The position numbers were made by a program, and so were the translations under genes. The notes under the pieces are model-generated. The model was not told the origin of the DNA. It saw only the letters and a program-made list of their open reading frames with translations, and ran no database searches. DNA of 51,638 bases from an uncultured Solibacteraceae bacterium (GTDB lineage: Bacteria > Acidobacteriota > Terriglobia > Bryobacterales > Bryobacteraceae), in the NCBI GenBank assembly GCA_964568355.1, contig CAZMRK010000030.1:1-51638 (forward strand). The letters run 5' to 3'. The number at the start of each line of letters is the position of its first letter. The stretch's first letter is position 1. Of this stretch, positions 1 through 9,532 are shown piece after piece.

Positions 1-1396
1 TGGGACTGAAGATGTGAACGTTGCCGATGGCCGCCTGCACGTTCGCGTCATCCTGAATCTGATCGAATCCCGGGAAAGCCGCGGAGAGCGCCTGTCCCAC
101 TCCCTGGCTGAACGGGGAGTTCAGTGTAAAACGTCCCCACAGGCTGTCTTTGGAGGTCAGTTGGTGATCGACACGGAGGGCGGGGACGTTGTTATCGTTG
201 CGTCCTTTAGGCGTGCCGTAATAGTTCCGGGCGGGATCGGAGCTGTTCGGAACCGGATAGAGGTTTGCCAGCGCCTGGCCGATTGGATTGATGCGGCTCT
301 GCGGGAGGACGTTGTTCGGGAAGGGCACTTTCGTGAACGGATCGACGATGGCCAGTCCAGGGCTCTGTACGGCGCTGAAGTCTCCCGCGCGCTCCGGAAG
401 GCTCGGAACCAGGGCGGTGCTGTTGATCGATTGCCGCTGCCGGGTGACCTCGTAGCTGAACATCCAGAACGTGCGGTTCCTGCCGTTGTAGAGTTTCGGA
501 ATCAGGATCGGCCCGCTCAGGGTGAAGCCGAACTGGTTGCGTTGTAGCGGAGCGACGCTGGTGCTGAAAAAGTTGCGCGCGTCCAGGTTTGTATTGCGCA
601 GGAATTCGTAGGCGGTCCCATGAAACTCGTTGGAGCCGCGCTTGGAAGCAACGTTGACGATTGCGCCCGAGTTGCCCCCGAATTCGGCGGAATAGTTGGA
701 GGTTTGCACGCGGAATTCGGCCACCGAATCGAGAGAGGGAATGGCGAGGGGGTAGTTGCTGATCTCCATGCCGCTGATCTCCATGCCGTCCACCAGTACG
801 ACGGAGCTGAAGTCCCTCTGCCCGCTCACGGAGAATCCGGGACCGTAGTTGGCCTGCCGTTCCGTAGCGCCCGCGCGTCCGGACGTGATTACGCCGGGCG
901 AGATGGCAACCAGTTGCATGAAATTGCGGCCGTTGATCGGCAGATCGACCACGCGCTTCTGATCGATGACCTGGGAAAGGCTGGCTTCCGCTGCCTGGAG
1001 AAGGCCGGCGGTGGCTTGCACTTCCACCGACTCGGTGACTCCGCCGATCTCGAGCGCGACCGGCACGGTCTGCGTCTGTGCCACTTCCAGCGCGATGTTC
1101 CTGACGACCTGCTTTTTGAAGCCGGACTGTTCGGCCTCCAGCATGTATTGGCCGCGGGGCAAGGCGCGGAACTCGAAATAGCCTTCCGCGTTGGAAAGCT
1201 GGTCGCGCACCTGGCTGGTCCCGAGGTCGGTCAGCCGGACGCGCGCGCCTGCAACCACCGCGCCGGAGTTATCTTTGACGATGCCCTGAATCGTGCTCGT
1301 GGAGGTTTGCGCTTGCAGCCCCACCACGCCCAACAGCAATAGCAGAATCCGCAGAGACAAGGCCCCGGCGGAGCGTCCCACACGATCGATATGCAT
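1..1396 (-). CDS. TonB-dependent outer-membrane receptor with CarboxypepD_reg-type N-terminus (partial; 3' end lies left of the window)
   Basis: My own minus-strand translation from ATG 1396..1394 gives MHIDRVGRSAGALSLRILLLLLGVVGLQAQTSTSTIQGIVKDNSGAVVAGARVRLTD...EQSGFKKQVVRNIALEVAQTQTV...INGRNFMQLV...FRVQTSNYSAEFGGNSGAIVNVASKRGSNEFHG. This shows a signal peptide, a CarboxypepD_reg domain and plug motifs. The frame stays open to position 2. It is absent from the ORF track because it has no in-window stop. The + ORFs 14..547 and 620..1342 are its shadows. Confidence 0.9.
   Translation of the reverse strand, partial: MHIDRVGRSAGALSLRILLLLLGVVGLQAQTSTSTIQGIVKDNSGAVVAGARVRLTDLGTSQVRDQLSNAEGYFEFRALPRGQYMLEAEQSGFKKQVVRNIALEVAQTQTVPVALEIGGVTESVEVQATAGLLQAAEASLSQVIDQKRVVDLPINGRNFMQLVAISPGVITSGRAGATERQANYGPGFSVSGQRDFSSVVLVDGMEISGMEISNYPLAIPSLDSVAEFRVQTSNYSAEFGGNSGAIVNVASKRGSNEFHGTAYEFLRNTNLDARNFFSTSVAPLQRNQFGFTLSGPILIPKLYNGRNRTFWMFSYEVTRQRQSINSTALVPSLPERAGDFSAVQSPGLAIVDPFTKVPFPNNVLPQSRINPIGQALANLYPVPNSSDPARNYYGTPKGRNDNNVPALRVDHQLTSKDSLWGRFTLNSPFSQGVGQALSAAFPGFDQIQDDANVQAAIGNVHIFSP
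758..787 (-). repeat. perfect 15-bp in-frame tandem duplication (2 x gctgatctccatgcc) inside the receptor plug region
   Basis: Units 758..772 and 773..787 are identical. On the coding strand they give VDG-MEISG-MEISN, that is a duplicated GMEIS pentapeptide. Confidence 0.95.
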
Positions 1397-1568
1397 TAAC
1401 CCGCCCTCCGAAGAGATTGGAAAAAGATACTCCCCCGTCCGAAGGGTTGTCAAATGAATTCGTATGCGCACATACCGGGGCTCGTGCGACGACTGGGGTG
1501 ATTCGGCTTGTCCGCTTGCTGGCGCGCGCGGTTCGGTGGCGGAGCGGACAGTGCACTAGCATAGCAAG

Positions 1569-3917
1569 ATGGACTTTTGTGCCACTCGTCTGATTGGCGT
1601 ACTCCTGGCCGGTTTGGCCGTAACGGCAGAGGGGTTGCCTGCCCAATCTTCCGGGAATTTTCTGCAACGCGCCTTCCGCCGGTCTCCCGAGGACCAGCCG
1701 CTACTGGGCCCGGCGGCTCCGGGCATCGAGCTGCTCATGGCCGGACGGGGGATGGAGGTACAGGCAGGCGGCCGGGCGGATACCGCGCGCCTGAGCGCCC
1801 CCGGCATTCCGTCCTCTTTTGAATTGCGCCACGAGAACCAGGCGGGCATCGACCTCTACCGCCTGCGGCCCGCTCCCGGCGCGGAGCCAAGAGGAGAACA
1901 GATCCGCTTCACGTGGACATTTCCCTCCAGCTACAACGAGTCGATGACACTCGATACCGGCGCGCTGCAGGGCCAGCCTCTCTATTTGCCGGACGGGAAG
2001 ATCCCAGACAACCAATTCACGAACTGGGGCTCGCTGTTCTATGACCGCGGAGCCAACCTGGCGGTCGGCACGCAACTGGACGGCGCGGAGATGTCGCGGC
2101 ACGCGCGGCGCGGCCATTCCCGCTTCACGGGGTCCACGACCCTGCAATTGGTGACGACGACCGGCAATCCCGGGATGGTCCTTACCGTGTTTGCATACCA
2201 TCCCAAAGACCAGCGTTTCTGGTGGGCGGAGTGGTATCAGCTTCGCAGCCGCTCCGATGCGAACCTGCCCGGCAACTTTTTTCCCATTCTCAGCGCGCAC
2301 GAGATAAGCTGGCAGCCCGGTGAACGGCAGGTGGTCTCGGTGATCCCCGGCCCGGATGAGGCGGGGGCGAAGCGGGAGCTGGTTCTGATCGATGATATCC
2401 GGCAAAAGGTGGTGGCGCGCATACCGTTCGCCTGCCGCCTGCCCGTGACCGGCGTGCCGGTGGATGTGGGGCCGTGGAAAACGGGTCTCTACCGGTTGAT
2501 CGTGGCGCCGCCCGGCGCGCCTGTCGATCCGGCGGTCAACGACCTGAACCGCAAGCTGACCAATGTAATCGTCCGTCCCCGGCGTGCCGAAGCGCCGGTG
2601 CTGTTCGTGGTGCCCACGGATATGTGGTGGGCATATTCGACGAACGGCGGCCACGATTATCACGGGTGGCGAACCGGCTACGATGGCAGCGTCGGCTACT
2701 CTCCGACGGTGATGAGCAGCCGCCAGCGCCGCCTCAATAACTTTTTCTACAGCCTTTACGAGCGCTACAACGACATCTACCATTTCCGCTACCTGGATGC
2801 GCTGTCGTCGCAAGACGGCTTCGGTATCGACTACGCCACTCAGCTCGACGTGGCGCGGGGCCGGGTCCACCTGGAAGACTACCGCCTGGTTCTCATCGGG
2901 AACCATTGCGAGTTCACCACGGTGGAGAGCTTTCGCCGCTTCTCCGAGTACCTGGGGAACGGCGGAAGCGTCCTGATTCACGGCGGAGACTCGTTTGCGG
3001 TGATGGTCGAGTACCTGCCGAGCCTGGAAGAGCCGCGCTACCTCTGGCAGCGCGGCCACGTGTGGACGCACTTGAGCGACCAGCCGGGCAATTTTGAATC
3101 GCCCGCGCTGCTGCCTGCCAACGCGCCTCCGGACGCTCCCATCCTGGAGGCCACACCTGGAAATGCAGTGGACTACCTGAACGTGTTTCACACCAGCGTG
3201 GGCTATTGGATTCCCGGCAGCAAAGCGGTAATCGCCAACACCGTGCATCCGATTGTGCGAGGGCTGGATCTCAAGCTGGGACAGGAGGTGCCGGGCCCGT
3301 GGGGCGGGGAAGTGGATTACGCGTATGAACCGCAGGCGTGGGACATCCTGATCCGTTCCGATCGAGCGGCCCCGGAAGAGCGGGAATTCGGCGTGGACGC
3401 ATACGATCCAACGCCGCTTCACCGGATTGGGCTGGCCGTCCACCGGAATCTGCGCCTGGCCATGGTCTGCGGGGAGAATTTTCCGAATATCCTCCAGCAA
3501 AGCCAGAACGGATTGTTTCGCGAACTATATCGCCGGACGCTGCACTACCTGCTGGACGGTCCCAGGCCCGCGAAAGGCGCCAGGAATCTGGTGGCCCCCG
3601 GGCAGGGCCAGACCGGCGTGATCCGCTGGGAGGCGCCGGTCCGCATCGGAAGCCTGCGATACGATCTGCCCGCTTTCCTCGATTTCGAGGATCCGCGATG
3701 GTACCGGCATGCGGCTCCCTACGCTCACTACGTGGTCGAGGCGTCGATGGACGGAGAGCACTGGGTCCGGCTGGCGGACCGCCGGCACGGCGCCTGGCGG
3801 GGGCGGCAAACCGACACCTTTGCCCCGGTGGACGCCCGCTATCTGCGCTTCGACGGCACGTTCTCCAATGGCGAAGCATTCCACGTGCAGAATGTGCAGG
3901 CCTTTGGCGCCCCGTAG
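1569..3917 (+). CDS. secreted hypothetical protein with a GATase1-like (N,N-dimethylformamidase-large-subunit-like) middle region and a C-terminal discoidin (F5/8 type C) domain
   Basis: 782-aa ORF with a hydrophobic N-terminus (LIGVLLAGLAVTAEG). LVLIGNHCEFTTVESFRRFSEYLGNGGSVLIHGGDSF resembles DMFase-type folds. The C-terminal ARYLRFDGTFSNGEAFHVQNVQAFG is discoidin-like. The domain names are motif-level recollection only. Confidence 0.75.
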   Translation: MDFCATRLIGVLLAGLAVTAEGLPAQSSGNFLQRAFRRSPEDQPLLGPAAPGIELLMAGRGMEVQAGGRADTARLSAPGIPSSFELRHENQAGIDLYRLRPAPGAEPRGEQIRFTWTFPSSYNESMTLDTGALQGQPLYLPDGKIPDNQFTNWGSLFYDRGANLAVGTQLDGAEMSRHARRGHSRFTGSTTLQLVTTTGNPGMVLTVFAYHPKDQRFWWAEWYQLRSRSDANLPGNFFPILSAHEISWQPGERQVVSVIPGPDEAGAKRELVLIDDIRQKVVARIPFACRLPVTGVPVDVGPWKTGLYRLIVAPPGAPVDPAVNDLNRKLTNVIVRPRRAEAPVLFVVPTDMWWAYSTNGGHDYHGWRTGYDGSVGYSPTVMSSRQRRLNNFFYSLYERYNDIYHFRYLDALSSQDGFGIDYATQLDVARGRVHLEDYRLVLIGNHCEFTTVESFRRFSEYLGNGGSVLIHGGDSFAVMVEYLPSLEEPRYLWQRGHVWTHLSDQPGNFESPALLPANAPPDAPILEATPGNAVDYLNVFHTSVGYWIPGSKAVIANTVHPIVRGLDLKLGQEVPGPWGGEVDYAYEPQAWDILIRSDRAAPEEREFGVDAYDPTPLHRIGLAVHRNLRLAMVCGENFPNILQQSQNGLFRELYRRTLHYLLDGPRPAKGARNLVAPGQGQTGVIRWEAPVRIGSLRYDLPAFLDFEDPRWYRHAAPYAHYVVEASMDGEHWVRLADRRHGAWRGRQTDTFAPVDARYLRFDGTFSNGEAFHVQNVQAFGAP

Positions 3918-4013
3918 ACGCAGCCTGCTCCAGCTATACTGTTGAGTACCAAGCAGCCGGCACCCCGACGAGCCGAACTTGGACCTCACCAATCCAGTTC
4001 TCAGAGGATCCTC

Positions 4014-5195
4014 ATGAACCGACGTCATTTTCTGGGCGGCGCGGCCGCGGCGAGCCTGAGCGGCTGCGCACATCGAGTAGCGACGAAGCCTCCGAGTTTG
4101 CCTGCTTACGATCCGGTGCCGAGGCTGACGCCGATCCGGGCGGAGCTCGACCGGATCTTTCGCGTAACGGTGTGCCTGCGGCCTTTCCGCGCAGCCGGGC
4201 CGCGACTCGAGGTGGAACGTGTCGGCGATAAGACCGTGGTTCACAACTATGGGCACGGCGGAAGCGGATGGTCGCTCTCGTGGGGATCGAGCAGTGTCGC
4301 GGTGGAGAAAGCCATGGCGGCCGGGGAGCGGGAGGTGGCCGTAATCGGATGCGGCGCGCTGGGAATGACCTCGGCGATCCTGCTGCAGCGCGCGGGGGCC
4401 AAGGTAACGATTTATGCCAAGGAGCGCCCGCCGGATGTGCGTTCGGTGCGTGCGACCGGATCGTGGACGCCGGACTCCCGCATCGCGCTGACTCATTCCG
4501 TGTCGCCCGACTTCCCGGCGCTTTGGGAGAGGATGTGCCGCTACTCCTTCCACATGTATGGGAGCTACCTGGGGCTGGCAGGCAACCCGGTGGAGTGGAC
4601 CGATCGCTACTACCTGTCGGATGAAGGCCCGGGAGGGACGCGCCCGCGGGATCCGGATGCCCTGGACTTCGCACGCTATCAGGATCGCGTTCCGGATCTG
4701 ACGCCGCGCTCTCAGGACCTGCCTCCGGGAAGCCATCCTTTCCCCACGCGATATGCGCGGCGGACCTCGAGCCTTACTTTCAACGTCGCGAGCTACGCCA
4801 GGCAGCTCATCACGGACTTTCTGATCGAGGGAGGCAAGATCGAGCACGTCGAGTTTCACTCGCCCTCCGAACTCAGCCAATTGCCTCAGAAGGTGATCAT
4901 CAATGCCACCGGCTACGGCGCCAAGGCGCTGTGGAAGGACGAATCGATTGTGCCCGTGCGCGGCCAGATCGCCTGGCTGATTCCGCAGCCGGACGTGACC
5001 TACGGGGTGAGCTATCGGAATGTTCACGTGCTTGCCCGGCGAGATGGAATCGTGGTGCAGGACGGGGGAAAAGGCGAGATGGACGGCTACAACGATTCCA
5101 ATGAGCAGCCCGACCGGCAACAGGCGGAAGCGGCCGTCCGGGTGGTGGCGGAGTTGTACAGCAGGATGAATAGGGCGCGGCGGGTTACCGCATAA
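4014..5195 (+). CDS. FAD-dependent oxidoreductase of the D-amino-acid-oxidase family, predicted Tat-exported lipoprotein
   Basis: The ORF opens at TTG 3942, but ATG 4014 gives MNRRHFLGGAAAASLSGCA, which combines a twin-arginine motif with an LSGC lipobox. VAVIGCGALGMTSAILLQRAGAKV is a dinucleotide-binding fold. VVHNYGHGGSGWSLSWG is the DAO-family signature. Confidence 0.85.
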   Translation: MNRRHFLGGAAAASLSGCAHRVATKPPSLPAYDPVPRLTPIRAELDRIFRVTVCLRPFRAAGPRLEVERVGDKTVVHNYGHGGSGWSLSWGSSSVAVEKAMAAGEREVAVIGCGALGMTSAILLQRAGAKVTIYAKERPPDVRSVRATGSWTPDSRIALTHSVSPDFPALWERMCRYSFHMYGSYLGLAGNPVEWTDRYYLSDEGPGGTRPRDPDALDFARYQDRVPDLTPRSQDLPPGSHPFPTRYARRTSSLTFNVASYARQLITDFLIEGGKIEHVEFHSPSELSQLPQKVIINATGYGAKALWKDESIVPVRGQIAWLIPQPDVTYGVSYRNVHVLARRDGIVVQDGGKGEMDGYNDSNEQPDRQQAEAAVRVVAELYSRMNRARRVTA

Positions 5196-5302
5196 GTCAC
5201 TATCCGAAAAGTACGCAGTAGCACTTACCGCGATTCTGGTGGCTTGCCTCCGGCCCGGCGGTGAAATACAATCCGGAGCCGCTGGACCAGGAGCGTACGC
5301 TC

Positions 5303-8300
5303 ATGAGTCGCAAACGTCTGAGATGCTACCTCGTTTCGTACTTCTCGGTATTGGCAGTAACTCTGTCCTTTCCCGAAAAAATCCAAGGGCAACGATTTAC
5401 GGCGCGGATCGTCGGTGTCGTGACGGATCCGAGCGGCGCCACGGTGCCGAATGCGGAGATCGCCGGCACACACGTGGGCACAGGGGTGGTCTTTAAGGCC
5501 ACGAGCAACGCCGAAGGTTACTATGTGCTGACGGCGCTGCCGGTGGGAGAATACACATTGAACGTCCAGGCGCCCGGATTTCGCACCCTGGAACGCGCGG
5601 GCATTCATCTGGCGCTCGATCAAACGGCCCGTATCGATCTGACACTGGCACTAGGCACCACATCGGAGAAACTTACCGTCACGGAAGAGGCGCCGCTGAT
5701 TAGTACGGAGAACGTGGCGGTAAACAGCAGCGTCGACCGCAAGCAGATTACCGAGCTTCCGATTTCCTTTGTCGGCGCGCGCAGCATTATGGATTTTGCG
5801 ATGTTGGGCGCCGGTATTACCAGTTCCGGCAACGAGCCATACGAAAGCGGCAACTACTCCATCAACGGCAGCCCGCAGAACACATCGTCCACCTCGGTCG
5901 ACGGCGCTTCGATTGCGATTCCGGGAAGTAACATGTATTACCTGATCCGCCCACCGGTAGAGGAGGTCCGGGAGATCCAGGTGCAAAGTGGTACGTTCTC
6001 GCCCGATGCGAGCGGATTTGCGGCCTTGAAGTTCGGCACCGTCTCCGGAAGCAATCAATTCCACGGCACCGGATTCTACTATTACGAAAATCAGGATTTC
6101 ACGGCGCGGAGCTTTTTTCAGAAGACAGTGCCCAACTTCTCGCGGAAAGAGGGCGGCTGGACAGTGTCCGGACCGATTCTCAAGAACCGCACATTCTTCG
6201 CCTGGTCTTACGACGGATACTGGAGCAGCAAGCCGCAGAGCCCCATCGTCACGGTTCCCACGGACCAGATCAAAGCCGGTAACTTCCAGGGTGTGGCAAC
6301 GATCTATGACCCCAACACCACCAGGGCGAATCCGAATGGAGCCGGCTACGTCCGCGATCCGTTTCCGGGTAATCAGATTCCGCAGGGGCGAATGGATCCG
6401 GTAGCGCTCAAAATCATGTCCTACTGGCCGGAACCGAATATTCAGGGAGCGCTGGTCAACAATTACAACAGCCAGCTTATCGGGCAGAATTTCGACCAGA
6501 CGCTGCCGAATACGTCGGTGAAGATCGATCAGAAGATTACCGATCGCAATCAGCTCTTTGTGCGGTACCAATATGAAGGCGGTGGATATACCGCCGAGGC
6601 CACGTACCCGGGACCGGGAGATTATACGGGCCAGCTTGTTCAAACTCATTCGAACGTAGTCACGCTGGGCGATACGGCAAGCTTTTCGCCGCGGATGGTC
6701 AATGAGTTCCGCTTCGGCTATTTCCATATCTGGAATTTCGAGCACACCAAGGCATACAACCAGGACGTTGCTTCGACGCTCGGCTTGAATAATGTCTCGG
6801 GCCTGGAGTTTCCCGTAGTCTCCGTAACCGGCCTGATCGGGATGAACCTCGGTCCCAGGGACCAGAACAGCAATAACATCACGGAGAACTTCCAGTGGAA
6901 TGACAACGTGACTTACATTCGCGGCAAGCACATCCTCAAGTTCGGAGGAAACGTGATTCTGGGGCAATACAACCCCTATTCACTGGGACGCCCGTCCGGA
7001 CAGTTCGCGTTCAGTGGGATCTTCACGAATCAGCCTCAGGTGGCGGGGACGGCGGTGGGGTTCGCCGACTTTCTGCTGGGGCTACCCAGTGCCACAACGG
7101 TCTCCGAGGGGCGGAAGTTCGGCTATCGGCAGCCAAGCCTCGCGTTGTTTGTTGGAGACGACATCAAGCTGGCCCGCAATCTGACCATGAACCTGGGGGT
7201 GCGCTTCGATCGTACCTGGGGCGTCAGCGAGATCAACAATCTCATGACGAATTTCAGCGCCAGCGCAATCAACCCGGCGACCAACACATCGGGAGCGGTC
7301 GTGTTTGCAGGCCGAGACGGCGCGCCGACCACTTTTTCCAACCCGACGAATACGATCTCGCCTCGCATCGGCCTGGCCTATACGCTGAAGAATAAGACCG
7401 TTTTCCGGGCAGGCTACTCCATCAATTACTACGGCAATCCGATCTCCCAGATACAGCCAGGAAACACCGGCTTCATCCCAACGCAGATTTTGACTACCAC
7501 CGACCAGGTAACGCCGCTGGTACAACTGCAAAACGGGCCACCGCCGCTCAACACGGCTCTGAATCTTACGGGCGCGGCTGCCAACAACCAGAACGTGACC
7601 TGGATCCAGACGCACAGCAAAGCGCTGGCGCTCTACCAGTGGAGCTTCGGCATCCAGCGGGAGCTTCCGGGAAAGATGTTCGTGGACGCGACGTACGTGG
7701 CCAGCCGCGGGTCGCACCTGTGGTTCCCGATCAATGTCAATGAAGTGCCCACGGTGCTGCTGGGCCCCGGCAACGCACAGCTCAATCGTCCGTTCCCGCA
7801 GTTCCAGAACATCACCTTGCGCGACAACCGCGGCGCCTCCAAATATCACGCCTTGCAGATGACGCTGAACCGGCGTATGGCGAGCGGTCTGGTATTCATG
7901 GCCAATTACACGATTTCGAAGACCATGGATAATACTTCATCAGACCCGGGCGGCGGAGGGGCCGGCGCTCCGTATGAAACCATGTTCGATCTCACGCGGG
8001 AGTGGGCGTTGTCGGATCACGACACGCCGCAGAACTTCAACCTGACGGCGATCTATGAAATTCCGCAATGGCTCCGCGGCAGGGCCGGAACCTATCTCAC
8101 CAGGGGTTGGCAACTGAACGCAGTGGCGCACGTTTACGGAGGCCATCCTTTGAACCCGGGTGTGTCGATCAACCAATCGGGCGCGCTTGGGGGTTCCCAG
8201 CGGCCGGACCGCATTGGAAACGGGTTCCTGCCCGCCGACCAGAGGACCCCTAGCCACTGGTTTGATACCAGCGCGTTCGCTCTTCCGGCACCTTACACGT

Positions 8301-8554
8301 TCGGCAACTCCGGACGCAACGTGCTGCGACGGCCGAGTTTTCGCCAAGCCGATCTTTCGCTGTTCAAGAACACGTACTTCCGGACTCCGCTCAACGAAGC
8401 GACTAACATCCAGTTTCGAGCCGAATTCTTCAACGCATTCAACCACCCCAACTTCCAGGCCCCGAATACCGCGATCGGCAGCCTGGCGGCGGGAACGATT
8501 ACCGGCGTGCAGTACGCCCGCAGCATCACACTTGGGCTGCGTTTTCTGTTCTGA
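5303..8554 (+). CDS. TonB-dependent outer-membrane receptor (CarboxypepD_reg type)
   Basis: The ORF is 5261..8554 and the likely start is ATG 5303 (MSRKRLRCYLVSYFSVLAVTLSFPEKIQG). RIVGVVTDPSGATVPNAEI...GYYVLTALPVGEYTLNVQAPGFR is a CarboxypepD_reg domain. A plug region follows. The C-terminus ...ITLGLRFLF ends in Phe. Confidence 0.93.
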   Translation: MSRKRLRCYLVSYFSVLAVTLSFPEKIQGQRFTARIVGVVTDPSGATVPNAEIAGTHVGTGVVFKATSNAEGYYVLTALPVGEYTLNVQAPGFRTLERAGIHLALDQTARIDLTLALGTTSEKLTVTEEAPLISTENVAVNSSVDRKQITELPISFVGARSIMDFAMLGAGITSSGNEPYESGNYSINGSPQNTSSTSVDGASIAIPGSNMYYLIRPPVEEVREIQVQSGTFSPDASGFAALKFGTVSGSNQFHGTGFYYYENQDFTARSFFQKTVPNFSRKEGGWTVSGPILKNRTFFAWSYDGYWSSKPQSPIVTVPTDQIKAGNFQGVATIYDPNTTRANPNGAGYVRDPFPGNQIPQGRMDPVALKIMSYWPEPNIQGALVNNYNSQLIGQNFDQTLPNTSVKIDQKITDRNQLFVRYQYEGGGYTAEATYPGPGDYTGQLVQTHSNVVTLGDTASFSPRMVNEFRFGYFHIWNFEHTKAYNQDVASTLGLNNVSGLEFPVVSVTGLIGMNLGPRDQNSNNITENFQWNDNVTYIRGKHILKFGGNVILGQYNPYSLGRPSGQFAFSGIFTNQPQVAGTAVGFADFLLGLPSATTVSEGRKFGYRQPSLALFVGDDIKLARNLTMNLGVRFDRTWGVSEINNLMTNFSASAINPATNTSGAVVFAGRDGAPTTFSNPTNTISPRIGLAYTLKNKTVFRAGYSINYYGNPISQIQPGNTGFIPTQILTTTDQVTPLVQLQNGPPPLNTALNLTGAAANNQNVTWIQTHSKALALYQWSFGIQRELPGKMFVDATYVASRGSHLWFPINVNEVPTVLLGPGNAQLNRPFPQFQNITLRDNRGASKYHALQMTLNRRMASGLVFMANYTISKTMDNTSSDPGGGGAGAPYETMFDLTREWALSDHDTPQNFNLTAIYEIPQWLRGRAGTYLTRGWQLNAVAHVYGGHPLNPGVSINQSGALGGSQRPDRIGNGFLPADQRTPSHWFDTSAFALPAPYTFGNSGRNVLRRPSFRQADLSLFKNTYFRTPLNEATNIQFRAEFFNAFNHPNFQAPNTAIGSLAAGTITGVQYARSITLGLRFLF

Positions 8555-8574
8555 TCTCCGATGATGCCCGCTCG

Positions 8575-9468
8575 TCAGGGCGAACGGCGCGCCGTCTTCC
8601 GCTTGGGTCCTGTGACGGCGGCGTCGAGGCGCGCTCCCAAGGTGTCGAAGGCTGGCTGAGGGCCGCGCCATTGCAGTTCATCTACATCCGTGAACAGGGG
8701 GATGTCGGTCCGCAGAGTAGCGAGCGTCCGAAACAGCAAAGCGAGGTCACGTTGGGCCGCCAGCGTATGAGCCAGCGTTGCGGCGTTGGCGGCATCCACG
8801 TGCCAGTCGCGGCAGTCCGCGGGTATGCATTCCAGATGGAGGAACCTGGCAAGAACAGCCGCGGAAGATTTGGGGCCCCAGCCGGGGAGGCCGGGATAGC
8901 CATCGGCCGAATCGCCGACCAACGCCAGATAGTCGGGAATCGATTCCGGCCTAACGCCGAATTTCTGTACGATGCCCGGCTCGTCGAGGGTAACCTGCGT
9001 CCTGCGATTCCTTTGCACGACGCGTGTGCCGCGCACGCACTGAGCCAGATCTTTGTCCGGCGTGCAGATCCAGACGCGCTGTACCCGTGGATCCTCGGCG
9101 GCTTTCCGGGCGGCGGCTGCTAATGCGTCATCGGCCTCGAACTCTACCATGGGCCAGACCACTACGCCGGCCGCTGCGAGCACCTCTTCGAGCAACGGGA
9201 ATTGAGCCAGCAGATCAGGTTCGACGCCGTCTCCAGTTTTATAGCCCGGCCAGAGACCGTTGCGGAAGGACTCGACGACGTGATCGGTTGCGACAGCCAG
9301 ATGTGTCGCACCGCTCCGGATCATGCCCAACACGGACGCGAGCACCCCGCGGACCGCGGCGACTTCACAGCCGCTCTGGTCCCGCGCGGACGGCAGAGCA
9401 TAGTAGTGCCGGAACAGTTCGTACGTGCCGTCAATCAGATAGATGTCCAGGGGCGTGCTCCAGGACAA
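8575..9468 (-). CDS. stand-alone 5'-3' exonuclease / flap endonuclease family protein
   Basis: LIDGTYELFRHYYALPS, FEADDALAAAA, PDKDLAQCV and LVGDSADGYPGLPGWGPKS match the PIN-like 5'-nuclease and H3TH motifs of the Pol I N-terminal-domain family. Confidence 0.85.
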   Translation of the reverse strand: MSWSTPLDIYLIDGTYELFRHYYALPSARDQSGCEVAAVRGVLASVLGMIRSGATHLAVATDHVVESFRNGLWPGYKTGDGVEPDLLAQFPLLEEVLAAAGVVVWPMVEFEADDALAAAARKAAEDPRVQRVWICTPDKDLAQCVRGTRVVQRNRRTQVTLDEPGIVQKFGVRPESIPDYLALVGDSADGYPGLPGWGPKSSAAVLARFLHLECIPADCRDWHVDAANAATLAHTLAAQRDLALLFRTLATLRTDIPLFTDVDELQWRGPQPAFDTLGARLDAAVTGPKRKTARRSP

Positions 9469-9532
9469 CGTTAGCGGATGGAGCGCCTTCGAATCAAGCG
9501 ATTGCCACGTCAGCGGTTATGATCGGTAGATT

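Noticed and set aside
1701-6967. Long antisense ORFs 1701..3500 (-), 3525..5120 (-) and 5651..6967 (-)
   Set aside because: Each lies opposite a confidently recognised + strand gene. They have low-complexity R/G/P/A-rich composition and no recognisable domains.
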